Source of the DNA: a virus
Taxonomy: Duplodnaviria > Caudoviricetes
Strand: one strand, 5' to 3'
Virus record (IMG/VR): IMGVR_UViG_3300021962_000125
Location: 1-58,253 of that record
DNA length: 58,253 nt
Position numbers and translations under genes: made by a program. The number at the start of each line of letters is the position of its first letter. The stretch's first letter is position 1. This document shows positions 39,723-47,835 of this stretch, piece after piece. The notes under the pieces are model-generated. The model saw nothing but the letters and a program-made list of their open reading frames with translations. It was not told where the DNA came from and did no database searches.

Positions 39723-39727
39723 TTGAA

Positions 39728-39907
39728 TCAGAGACCGTTAATGTAGTCAGCAAGTGCATCTTTGTACTCTTTTTCAGTCTCAAAGATGCGACCGTGAATG
39801 TTGAGAGGAAACTTCTTCTCAACACCTGCAGCTGCTACCATTCGGCAGTCTGCTTCATCGTAACCCATTTCAATCAGGTTTTGAACGTAAGGATTGTAGT
39901 TTGTCAT
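39728..39907 (-). CDS. 59-aa protein MTNYNPYVQNLIEMGYDEADCR...; sole gene between copies 6 and 5
   Basis: Manual translation. Confidence 0.75.
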   Translation of the reverse strand: MTNYNPYVQNLIEMGYDEADCRMVAAAGVEKKFPLNIHGRIFETEKEYKDALADYINGL

Positions 39908-39935
39908 ACTACTGATGCACTTTCAAGGGCCCAAT
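39907..39935 (-). repeat. 29-bp element copy 6
   Basis: ATTGGGCCCTTGAAAGTGCATCAGTAGTA. Confidence 0.97.
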
Positions 39936-40078
39936 TACTTGAACGTTGCATTAACTCCAACAATTTTAGCAGTCGGGTTTCTGATTTGTGCAGTTTCGCG
40001 GGCATCTTTCGGAGAGTTAGCATACACTTCCTCTTTGAAGACTTTGCCGCCCACGTATAATTGTACTTCATATTTCAT
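39935..40078 (-). CDS. 47-aa conserved phage protein MKYEVQLYVGGKVFKEEVYA...ARETAQIRNPTAKIVGVN
   Basis: Manual translation; stop overlaps copy 6. Confidence 0.8.
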   Translation of the reverse strand: MKYEVQLYVGGKVFKEEVYANSPKDARETAQIRNPTAKIVGVNATFK

Positions 40079-40269
40079 AGTGTTTGAAACTCCTGTGCTT
40101 CTTTGATGTTAGAATCGAAAAACTTTTGCAGAATGGAACTGATCACAGGTTGCCATTCTTTATCTTTAATTAGGTCACGATTTTGTGCTTCAACAAGAAA
40201 CTTAAGGATGCAAGTCTCTTCATTAGCAGTGAACTTAACACGAGTGAATGTGTAACCGTCAGTCATCAA
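40075..40269 (-). CDS. Hypothetical protein
   Basis: ORF track. Confidence 0.7.
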   Translation of the reverse strand: MMTDGYTFTRVKFTANEETCILKFLVEAQNRDLIKDKEWQPVISSILQKFFDSNIKEAQEFQTL

Positions 40270-40424
40270 TCATCTCCGAAGTTATTAACAAGAAAGTCCT
40301 CAAGTTCACAAAGTTCCACCTCATCCAAGGAGGAAATGTAGTTGTGCAAAGTATCTACCAAGACCCCATTATTCTTTTGGCAGGTTTCATACAGAAACTC
40401 AAAAAGTTGCGTTTTGTTAGTCAT
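40266..40424 (-). CDS. 52-aa acidic protein MTNKTQLFEFLYE...
   Basis: Manual translation. Confidence 0.65.
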   Translation of the reverse strand: MTNKTQLFEFLYETCQKNNGVLVDTLHNYISSLDEVELCELEDFLVNNFGDD

Positions 40425-40426
40425 AA

Positions 40427-40708
40427 TCAAACCAGAGAAAGTTCAGGGGCAGGTTCTACCTTAAATGTACCAAGTCGGTTGCAAGTAATACTCACAGCGT
40501 GAGCAGGAGCACCGAGTTCATCAACAACTTCCCACCAATCTTCACCCTCTTCAATGACAACATATCCGAAAGTTCCAGGTTGAGAGAGTTGACGACGACC
40601 ACACTGTTTGGCATCATTTACATCATCAAATCGTTGCTTACGATTAAACCAACCGTTTCGTGCAACATCATCAGAAGGACCGAAAGTAATGCAAAGAAAG
40701 TTAGACAT
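40427..40708 (-). CDS. Hypothetical protein
   Basis: ORF track; tight packing. Confidence 0.7.
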   Translation of the reverse strand: MSNFLCITFGPSDDVARNGWFNRKQRFDDVNDAKQCGRRQLSQPGTFGYVVIEEGEDWWEVVDELGAPAHAVSITCNRLGTFKVEPAPELSLV

Positions 40709-40710
40709 AA

Positions 40711-40980
40711 TCAGTTAGCGTACAGTGGGAGTTTCTTACGGAGACGGATTGAATCATCAATCACCTCACCAATCTGTTCGTAAATGTAGTCGGAACCGCC
40801 TACATCAGCGAGCACATCTTGAGTGAAAAGAGAAGAAAAATACTTCTCTTGATTGTCTTCACCATCAAACTCAACAACATCGTGTTGAGTGAATACAAAC
40901 GCAGCACAGGGAGCGTTCTCACCTTGTACCTCAATCATTTGGTTGATAGAGTCACGAAGTTCAGAAAGTGTGCGGTACAT
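40711..40980 (-). CDS. Hypothetical protein (QGENAPCAAFVFT)
   Basis: ORF track. Confidence 0.75.
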   Translation of the reverse strand: MYRTLSELRDSINQMIEVQGENAPCAAFVFTQHDVVEFDGEDNQEKYFSSLFTQDVLADVGGSDYIYEQIGEVIDDSIRLRKKLPLYAN

Positions 40981-40982
40981 AA

Positions 40983-41126
40983 TCAGTTTTTGTTGCGAGG
41001 GTTAATGTCAATTAAGCGGTCAAGTGCTTCACCAATCGTAGAGCGAACTTGCTCATCTTTCAGTGATACTTGCTCATACACTTCGTAAAGGGAAATGTAA
41101 ATGTCGTCCCATTGAGTTTGTGTCAT
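40983..41126 (-). CDS. Small hypothetical protein MTQTQWDDIY...
   Basis: Internal ATG of the track ORF. Confidence 0.65.
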   Translation of the reverse strand: MTQTQWDDIYISLYEVYEQVSLKDEQVRSTIGEALDRLIDINPRNKN

Positions 41127-41128
41127 AA

Positions 41129-41368
41129 TCAGGCAGGAAGAATACAGAAAGTGCCACACCAGTTGCGAACCCATTGTAGAGTTTCGTAGTAAGATGTGCG
41201 CGGATTGCTCATCTCCATTGTAGAACCATTGCGGGGATTGTGTGCAACGGCAACAAAGAGATTATCGCACTCTTTATCAGTGATCTGCTCAATCCACATT
41301 TGATTGACTTTGCCTTCCTTCCAATCGGTGTGGTAGGAGTAGACTTCGGAAACGATGGTGTTGCTCAT
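41129..41368 (-). CDS. Hypothetical early protein; ATG overlaps repeat copy 7
   Basis: ORF track. Confidence 0.75.
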   Translation of the reverse strand: MSNTIVSEVYSYHTDWKEGKVNQMWIEQITDKECDNLFVAVAHNPRNGSTMEMSNPRTSYYETLQWVRNWCGTFCILPA

Positions 41369-41396
41369 ACTACTGATGCACTTTCAAGGGCCCAGT
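41368..41396 (-). repeat. 29-bp element copy 7
   Basis: Exact consensus. Confidence 0.97.
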
Positions 41397-41401
41397 TTCA
41401 A

Positions 41402-41656
41402 TCACCAGCGGCCTTGTTGGATGAGAATCTTTTTGATTTCAGTATAAATGAACTGACGAAGTTTAGTGTCGGTAGTGTTATCAAAAGCATAATAAAGACG
41501 ATTCAAATACTCATTCTGTGTGACACCAATGTTACCATCACCACCGATCTCATTGAGTGAGGAACCTGCTTTAGCTTTGGGTTTTCCCCAATTCCCAGTT
41601 ATGCGACCTTCAGTACGAAGTTTAGGGCGAATCTTTGAGAGGTTAGAGTAAGTCAT
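41402..41656 (-). CDS. Basic hypothetical protein
   Basis: ORF track. Confidence 0.75.
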   Translation of the reverse strand: MTYSNLSKIRPKLRTEGRITGNWGKPKAKAGSSLNEIGGDGNIGVTQNEYLNRLYYAFDNTTDTKLRQFIYTEIKKILIQQGRW

Positions 41657-41826
41657 TCATCCTCCTCATAAGGGAACATTTCATCATACTCTTCATCAGT
41701 CAGAGTAAGATACTGAACATTAGCATTCTTGTGTTCTTCAGCATACATTAACTGATAATGAGCGAAAGAAGAAGGGTCAGAACTAGCAAACTCTAACAGA
41801 CCATCAACAAAACAAAGGTAGTTCAT
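41653..41826 (-). CDS. 57-aa acidic protein MNYLCFVDGLLEFAS...EEYDEMFPYEEDE
   Basis: Manual translation; ATGA overlaps on both sides. Confidence 0.7.
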   Translation of the reverse strand: MNYLCFVDGLLEFASSDPSSFAHYQLMYAEEHKNANVQYLTLTDEEYDEMFPYEEDE

Positions 41827-42254
41827 TTTGCGTACAAATAACCACCCGACCAGTCTGCGTTCTCCAGCAGATATTCACGATCTTTAATCAATCGCAGATC
41901 GTAGCGAACACCTTTGGCAGGAGATTTCCAAGTGGCAGACTTATACACTTCGCCAGTGTTCTTGTCAACGAAGCAATGAACACTACGCGATCCACCACCA
42001 CTCACAAAGATGACTTTATGATACTTTTTACCAGTCTCAATGGTATAATCAATGTCGCACTTGCCAGACTTGAGTTCATCAATCTTGCGCTGATGATACT
42101 CTTGATTGTCAACATCATTCACGAACTTTTGATGACCGCGAATAGAATACTCACGATAATTGTCCTTCAGTGCTTCAATCAGCAGCAGAGTATTCTTGAG
42201 GACATTCTCTGCAATGGTTTGTTGTGCCTGTGCTTGCATTGTAGTTGTGCTCAT
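41823..42254 (-). CDS. Conserved phage protein (GKKYHKV...SVHCFVD...YKSATWKSPAKGVRY family)
   Basis: Motif recognised; ATG overlaps copy 8. Confidence 0.8.
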   Translation of the reverse strand: MSTTTMQAQAQQTIAENVLKNTLLLIEALKDNYREYSIRGHQKFVNDVDNQEYHQRKIDELKSGKCDIDYTIETGKKYHKVIFVSGGGSRSVHCFVDKNTGEVYKSATWKSPAKGVRYDLRLIKDREYLLENADWSGGYLYAK

Positions 42255-42282
42255 ACTATGGATGCAGTTTCAAGGGCCCAGT
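42254..42282 (-). repeat. 29-bp element copy 8
   Basis: ACTGGGCCCTTGAAACTGCATCCATAGTA. Confidence 0.93.
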
Positions 42283-42287
42283 TACAT

Positions 42288-43199
42288 TCACCAATTCTTT
42301 TGGAGTGTAAAGTTTTGACGACTAAACTCTTCACGGTTCACGATCTTGTATGATCCAAACTTGTTAGTCATTACATACCCTTCGTGATCGCTTAATTCTC
42401 CATCAATCTCACACGAAATATCGGTGTCAGACTCAATGAAGAAGAACAAATCCATCTTGATAGACTCAACCAACTTCCACAAACGCAGCAGGTTGATGTC
42501 AACATCATAATTTTCTGCAATCTCGTGCTCGCAGACCTCCTTACCCTCACGAATGTAGGAATTGATGACTTTTTTGAGTTCTGCTGCTTGTTTGTCACTC
42601 ACAAACGTGCAAAGCGTGCTCATTTGCTTTGCAAACTTGCAGAAGTCTTCAATATCATCACGATGTGGGCAAATAGATGCTTCAGGTTGCACCCATTTCA
42701 CATCCAGGGTATCAACAAACTGTTTGCTGATAGGATGTGCAACAGCATTGCGAAGATCATCCTCACAATCATACTCGGTGTGAGGTGCAATGATTACACT
42801 TTGCTCAATCACCTCATTGAACTTGTAAGTGATCGTATTGGGGCGATAAGTATCACTCCCAGCAAAACCAATAAAATCACCTTGATAGACATAATTTGTG
42901 CGAGGTAGACTATCAAAGCAAGCGTGAAGAATAGACGCAACTTTGCCCTGATGGTTCGCATCAATTTCATCGTGAGAATGATTGATTTTGATCTTTACTT
43001 TATTGAACACAGATTTGGTGCCCACAAAGAACTTACCATTTGCAGGATTGCGACCCCACACAATAGCAGGAGCACCATCAATCTTTACACTGATGCTAGA
43101 GTTTGCTTCGTGCATCCAATCAAGCACGCTCAAGTTTCCAGTCAAAACTTCATCTTCAGGATGCTCAAGGTGTTTGTTTTGCATTGGTTGCTTACTCAT
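42288..43199 (-). CDS. DUF6267-like protein with ligase/nucleotidyltransferase-type KxDG motif
   Basis: HLEHPED, VKIDGAPAIVWG, FVGTKSVFN, YQGDF, HEGYV, KIVNREEFS. Confidence 0.75.
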   Translation of the reverse strand: MSKQPMQNKHLEHPEDEVLTGNLSVLDWMHEANSSISVKIDGAPAIVWGRNPANGKFFVGTKSVFNKVKIKINHSHDEIDANHQGKVASILHACFDSLPRTNYVYQGDFIGFAGSDTYRPNTITYKFNEVIEQSVIIAPHTEYDCEDDLRNAVAHPISKQFVDTLDVKWVQPEASICPHRDDIEDFCKFAKQMSTLCTFVSDKQAAELKKVINSYIREGKEVCEHEIAENYDVDINLLRLWKLVESIKMDLFFFIESDTDISCEIDGELSDHEGYVMTNKFGSYKIVNREEFSRQNFTLQKNW

Positions 43200-43227
43200 A
43201 CTACAGATGCACTTTCAAGGGCCCAGT
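43199..43227 (-). repeat. 29-bp element copy 9
   Basis: ACTGGGCCCTTGAAAGTGCATCTGTAGTA. Confidence 0.95.
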
Positions 43228-43228
43228 A

Positions 43229-43432
43229 TCAAACTTGCATCAGTTTAGCAAGACGATTGCGAATATCAAAGAGTTCCATTTCATCCATATCTACATCATC
43301 AAGACCAACAGGAGCGAACTCTCCAAGATTTACACTTCCATCTTGCATAATAGGGGCATAATACAACTCATCGCCATCTTCTTGCGACAGAGTATAAACA
43401 CAACTGTGACCAGGAACAGTGAGAAAAATCAT
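43229..43432 (-). CDS. Small acidic protein MIFLTVPGHSCVYTLSQEDGDELYYAP...
   Basis: Internal ATG downstream of the promoter at 43455-43490. Confidence 0.7.
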   Translation of the reverse strand: MIFLTVPGHSCVYTLSQEDGDELYYAPIMQDGSVNLGEFAPVGLDDVDMDEMELFDIRNRLAKLMQV

Positions 43433-43454
43433 TGGAGTTTTTAGGAACAAAGGT

Positions 43455-43490
43455 ACAATAAAGGAGCACCCGCTAAATTGCAAGTGCCCC
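43455..43490 (-). promoter_or_regulatory. Sigma70-type promoter TTGCAA-N17-TATTGT within a stem-loop (GGGGCAC/GTGCTCC)
   Basis: -35 at 43478-43483, -10 at 43455-43460. Confidence 0.65.
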
Positions 43491-43502
43491 TGTGGCAGTT
43501 TA

Positions 43503-43760
43503 TCAGGCGGAACGACGCTTGCTGGTTTTGGTAACTGTAGCAGGTTGCTCCACTACATCAGCAGGAGAAAGTTGTGCTTTACCAAACTCAATCAGTGTAT
43601 CAACAAACTTCAGAAATTGAAGAGTTGCAACACGAACTTTCTCACTTCCATTGTTCTCATTAAAGGAACGAATAAAGAATTGAACTACACCAACAACAAC
43701 CGCACTGATAGTAGCGATGTTCTTGACAAGAGTATCAACAAACGTCCAGTAAAAAGTCAT
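43503..43760 (-). CDS. Small membrane protein
   Basis: One hydrophobic segment; downstream of copy 10. Confidence 0.7.
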   Translation of the reverse strand: MTFYWTFVDTLVKNIATISAVVVGVVQFFIRSFNENNGSEKVRVATLQFLKFVDTLIEFGKAQLSPADVVEQPATVTKTSKRRSA

Positions 43761-43797
43761 AGTTTGTGTTAGAAACTGCAGTGAGAGCGGTGCCTCA

Positions 43798-43826
43798 CAT
43801 CATAGATGCACTTTCAGGGGCCCAGT
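43798..43826 (-). repeat. 29-bp element copy 10
   Basis: ACTGGGCCCCTGAAAGTGCATCTATGATG; directly abuts the MTase stop at 43827. Confidence 0.92.
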
Positions 43827-44567
43827 TCAATTCATCGCAGATAGTAGTGGATTGTTGATGCGATCTTGTGCGATCTTAAAGTATTTTTCCTCCATTTCAA
43901 TTCCAATGAACTTTCTGTTTGTATTCATACAAGATACACCAGTTGTTCCACTACCCATACAAGGGTCAAGAACAGTATCACCCTCATTAGAAAATGTGCG
44001 AATCAAATACTCATAAAGAGCAATAGGTTTTTGAGTTGGGTGATACTTACCTTCACTTTCAGCAGTCTTAAAATACAGGACACTACGAGGATACCTCAAT
44101 CCAGTATCATTTTTAACATGAACTGCCTTTGTCTGCACACCATAGGATTCAGTATCTCTCACAGCAGTTCCTTTATCATACGGTGTCCCTTGTGTCATTT
44201 GTGGATTGTATGTTGGTTGTTTCTTATAGAACACCACAATATCTTCATGAGCACGAAGCGGTTGCTTTTTGGCATTTAGATAACCAGTTGCCTTTGACTT
44301 TTCCCATACCATCGTATATCTGAAATCACGATAGTTTGAAGAAATCAAAACACTTGTAAATGGTTGTGCTGCTGTGGAGATAATGGCACAATTTGGCTTA
44401 CAGATGCGATCAATATGATCCCAAAATGTAGGGTAATCAATGATAGTATCCCATTCATTCCTCTTATTCAGAGTTCCGTATGGGAAATCAGTCAACAATA
44501 AATCAACGCTTTGGGGTTCAATCTGCCCCAAAACGTTGAACATGTTATCATTGAACAACTCAATCAT
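43827..44567 (-). CDS. DNA N6-adenine/N4-cytosine methyltransferase, beta class
   Basis: Motif IV TDFPYG, WEK, HPTQKP, motif I VLDPCMGSGTTG, FIGIE; ATGA overlap with the upstream gene. Confidence 0.92.
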   Translation of the reverse strand: MIELFNDNMFNVLGQIEPQSVDLLLTDFPYGTLNKRNEWDTIIDYPTFWDHIDRICKPNCAIISTAAQPFTSVLISSNYRDFRYTMVWEKSKATGYLNAKKQPLRAHEDIVVFYKKQPTYNPQMTQGTPYDKGTAVRDTESYGVQTKAVHVKNDTGLRYPRSVLYFKTAESEGKYHPTQKPIALYEYLIRTFSNEGDTVLDPCMGSGTTGVSCMNTNRKFIGIEMEEKYFKIAQDRINNPLLSAMN

Positions 44568-45142
44568 TTCTTCAACCACTCCACAAACTTATTGACCTCT
44601 TGAATATCCAGTTGGAAATCGGTATTATACTCTTCCATGTAGATTGCACGGGTTGCGTTACGCTTTTTGTGCTTATTGACGATAAAGACATTCACCTCTT
44701 TACCAGTCATTTTCTTGAAATATGCACAATAATAATTGAAAGAATCTTGCGATACGCACTCTTGACCAGCAAGAATAGCATACTCTACATTATTAGGGAC
44801 ATCAGGAGATGCGTCCAATTCAATAAAGTCTAGCACAGCACGTTTGAGATAGCAAGCATCCAAATAGCACTTGGATTCAACTGCTTTTACCATCGCACCA
44901 TCGCGATAGATGTGCTTATCAACTTGAAGATTCTTGAGGCAAACACCATCAATCTCTTCAGTTCGCTTATAGTCATTCTTCTTTGCTTCAAGACTATTAT
45001 CAGCACAAATACGCTGAATAAAGTTCTCAAAGATTACACCAGATGCGTTTCTTGCTTTACCACCACCATCCTCTTTATGCAGGCGAGGAAGATCCTCAAC
45101 TTCAGCATTGTAAGCATCAATGATTAGATTGAGGTTAGACAT
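44564..45142 (-). CDS. Putative PD-(D/E)xK restriction endonuclease
   Basis: G.IFE...QVDKHI...AVESKCYLD; translationally coupled to the MTase. Confidence 0.6.
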   Translation of the reverse strand: MSNLNLIIDAYNAEVEDLPRLHKEDGGGKARNASGVIFENFIQRICADNSLEAKKNDYKRTEEIDGVCLKNLQVDKHIYRDGAMVKAVESKCYLDACYLKRAVLDFIELDASPDVPNNVEYAILAGQECVSQDSFNYYCAYFKKMTGKEVNVFIVNKHKKRNATRAIYMEEYNTDFQLDIQEVNKFVEWLKK

Positions 45143-45156
45143 GTAATCCAATGTTC

Positions 45157-45185
45157 TATTAGTGATGCACTTTCAAGGGCCCAGT
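45157..45185 (-). repeat. 29-bp element copy 11
   Basis: ACTGGGCCCTTGAAAGTGCATCACTAATA. Confidence 0.95.
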
Positions 45186-45186
45186 T

Positions 45187-45363
45187 TCAATCGACGGGCA
45201 GTTGTGCTACACTTTTGCCCTTCTTATGATCATCAATAAACTTTCTTGCAGATGCTTCAGTCCTACACACTTTGAGTTGCTCTCCGTTGTGAATGATCAT
45301 CAGTTGATTACCATATGGAATGGCTGCATAGTTACCCTTACCGACAATAAATCCTTCTTTCAT
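45187..45363 (-). CDS. 58-aa protein MKEGFIVGKGNYAAIPYGNQLMIIHNGEQLKVCRT...
   Basis: Manual translation; stop 1 nt from copy 11. Confidence 0.75.
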   Translation of the reverse strand: MKEGFIVGKGNYAAIPYGNQLMIIHNGEQLKVCRTEASARKFIDDHKKGKSVAQLPVD

Positions 45364-45890
45364 ACTAGGAACCTCTTTTCATATTCAAGCAGATCAGATG
45401 GGGCAGGAATGATGTTGTCATCATATTCTACAGCAGTTTTCCAAGTTGCACCATTTTTTTGATACAATTTGATGCCAAGATGTTGATATTTGAGATGAGT
45501 TGGAATATGAACTTTGTAGTCGATTCCATTATTCTCTGTCAGCATACTTAAGCGTCTATTCTCATCCTTTGTAACAGTAATTGTGGAGCAGGACAACCAG
45601 AATAGATTCTCAAATACATCATAGTCTGACAGGTATTTGTCTGGATGATCCATAATCATTCGACCGATGAATTGCGGCGACAAACAGTGATCGTGAGTGC
45701 GCTCTACAGGATTATCCTTTGCTGTCTCACTTATCAGGCCAAGGTGATTGACTTGTCCACAATCAAACACACCAATGTAGTACAATCTTGTGATGGGTCG
45801 AAAGAAATCAGGATCTCCCCAGTTGTCTACATTTGCTGCCATTGAGTTAAATGTAGTTTGGCAGTATGCTTTCCAGTTCTTGGGGTTCAT
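45360..45890 (-). CDS. Hypothetical protein, possibly a His-Me finger (HNH-like) nuclease
   Basis: THDHCLSP...TITVTKDENRRL resembles a DH...N arrangement; inference. Confidence 0.55.
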   Translation of the reverse strand: MNPKNWKAYCQTTFNSMAANVDNWGDPDFFRPITRLYYIGVFDCGQVNHLGLISETAKDNPVERTHDHCLSPQFIGRMIMDHPDKYLSDYDVFENLFWLSCSTITVTKDENRRLSMLTENNGIDYKVHIPTHLKYQHLGIKLYQKNGATWKTAVEYDDNIIPAPSDLLEYEKRFLV

Positions 45891-46011
45891 TTTGAGAAAA
45901 ATTGGTGATTTGGTTGCGCTGGATGAGTTCTAGGTCGGTTGCAGTGAAATTGCAGAAAAATCAGGGTCTGACCCCTGATGGCCACTTGAGTCTTGAGTGA
46001 GACTCACCGCC

Positions 46012-46512
46012 TCATCTGTAAGGTTGACCCTTCTCTGCTTGTTTTCTTCTCCATTCTCTCATATAAAGAGCGTGAGGTGATACACTTTCTTCTGGTGCAT
46101 ATTTACCCTTGTTTGGCGGTATTCTACCTTTAAGACTTTCCTTCATTTTGACTATACTTTCTTGAGTATGTTTTCTTCCGTAGAAATGATTTTTACTTCC
46201 CATTCTACTTTGAGACATTCTACTCCTTGTTGTTTCCGTGAGAGTTGCTCCAGAAGTTCCATCACCACCATTAGTTCTGTTCCAAAGAATACCAGTTCCT
46301 AAATCTTTTCTACCCAATACATTGATTAGATAGATTTCGTGCTTAAATGCGTCCTCTTCGTTATCGAAATGTTTGAGGATTAAAACTCTATCTACTGGAG
46401 GAACAAAAACATATCCTTTGTGGTCTCTATATGCTCTTTTATCTTTTCCCTTACCAATGTAGTAAGGTGTTCCGTCCTCACGCAGATATGCGTAGGTGTA
46501 GTATTCTTTCAT
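46012..46512 (-). CDS. GIY-YIG-like (Seg-type) homing endonuclease with NUMOD3
   Basis: YTYAYLREDGTPYYIGKG, EIYLI, NRTNGGDG, NHFYGRKHTQES. Confidence 0.88.
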   Translation of the reverse strand: MKEYYTYAYLREDGTPYYIGKGKDKRAYRDHKGYVFVPPVDRVLILKHFDNEEDAFKHEIYLINVLGRKDLGTGILWNRTNGGDGTSGATLTETTRSRMSQSRMGSKNHFYGRKHTQESIVKMKESLKGRIPPNKGKYAPEESVSPHALYMREWRRKQAEKGQPYR

Positions 46513-46513
46513 C

Positions 46514-46586
46514 GTAAGTCTTGGCGTGACTATTAGTATTTATAGCATAAATGTGGGACTTACGCAACCAATCCGCCAAGACTTAC
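46514..46586 (-). promoter_or_regulatory. 13-bp inverted repeat over the HEG translation start, with late promoter TATAAATA (46537-46544) in the loop
   Basis: GTAAGTCTTGGCG (46514-46526) / CGCCAAGACTTAC (46574-46586). Confidence 0.8.
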
Positions 46587-46606
46587 TGTTGCTGCCCACA
46601 CTCTAT

Positions 46607-47794
46607 TTACCGCCGCACTACACTATCAACCATCTCACCTTTCTCAAACACAGCATCAACGACTCGCTGAAGTGCTCGCTCTGTAGATACTCCAACTTTG
46701 GAATATACAGGCACAACACAGAGACCGAACACCTTCTCTTTGCCACCAAGGCGAAGAACACGACCAATAGTTTGAGTCATTTCGATCACATCCATATTGC
46801 GAAGAAATACAACAGCTTCTAGTTCGCTCACATTGATTCCTTCACTCAAGATAGAGCGATGGAAGCAAACAAACTTCTTGTTAGGATCACGACCCCAAGC
46901 ATTGAGTGTATCAAAAAATACCTCACGATTCACCTTCTTACCATCAATAATCGCTCCAGTTTTTGAGGTGATATAGAGGTAAGAATAACCACGCTGATTT
47001 AGTTGGGCAGCACAGTCAGTATGAGACATCAGGTTGATAAGTTGCTTCGCAGACTTAACACAGACCAGGATTTTCTTGCAATCAATATCCTCCAGAGTAT
47101 CCATAAGATTACTACTATCACACTCTGCAGTTACCTGCTTCGGTGCAAGAACATCAAACTTCTTTGCTACAATTTTAGGAGCAATGATGTATCCACCATC
47201 AACAAGTTCAGGAGCAGAAACGCGACAGATAATGTCACCATAGACATCACGATCATTCATTCCAGGTTTAGAAGGAGTGAGCGAAGTCTTCCTAGTTGCA
47301 GTGAAGAAATAGCAGCGACGTGCATTAGCAGCAAAGTGTTCAGTCGCAGGGAAAAAGTGACGCTGAACGCTATTATGGGCTTCGTCAAAGTAAATCGTAT
47401 CCACATCAATTCCTGCCACTTGCAGACGTGACAGAGAGTTGTAGGTGGTTACAATCAGGCGATGACTGTCAGCATTAGCATCAACCCAGCGACGAATCTC
47501 ACGAGGGCGAGTAGAAGATTCGTGGTGAGTTTCGCCACTATGAACGTGGAATACTTTTGCGTTGGTGATAAACTCCAGGAACTCGCTGGAGAGTTGCTCT
47601 GCCAAGAGAATACGAGGAGCAACAACAACAATGGTCTGGGGAGTTTCAGACTGCAACTCACGCAGACAATCATAGATCATCTTCAGAGTCTTGCCACCAC
47701 CAGTAGGAACAATGACTTGACCTTTATCATGCTGTTGCATAGCAGCAACACCACGTTCCTGATGAGGGCGAAGATTGATCAGATGAGGAATCAT
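46607..47794 (-). CDS. SF2 DEAH / ResIII-type helicase
   Basis: LRPHQ, PTGGGKT, FDEAH, FTAT, LSEGIN, QTIGRVLR. Confidence 0.93.
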   Translation of the reverse strand: MIPHLINLRPHQERGVAAMQQHDKGQVIVPTGGGKTLKMIYDCLRELQSETPQTIVVVAPRILLAEQLSSEFLEFITNAKVFHVHSGETHHESSTRPREIRRWVDANADSHRLIVTTYNSLSRLQVAGIDVDTIYFDEAHNSVQRHFFPATEHFAANARRCYFFTATRKTSLTPSKPGMNDRDVYGDIICRVSAPELVDGGYIIAPKIVAKKFDVLAPKQVTAECDSSNLMDTLEDIDCKKILVCVKSAKQLINLMSHTDCAAQLNQRGYSYLYITSKTGAIIDGKKVNREVFFDTLNAWGRDPNKKFVCFHRSILSEGINVSELEAVVFLRNMDVIEMTQTIGRVLRLGGKEKVFGLCVVPVYSKVGVSTERALQRVVDAVFEKGEMVDSVVRR

Positions 47795-47835
47795 TACGAA
47801 TTACAGAGTTTCGGGTGGTTTGGTATCTAAAAAGC

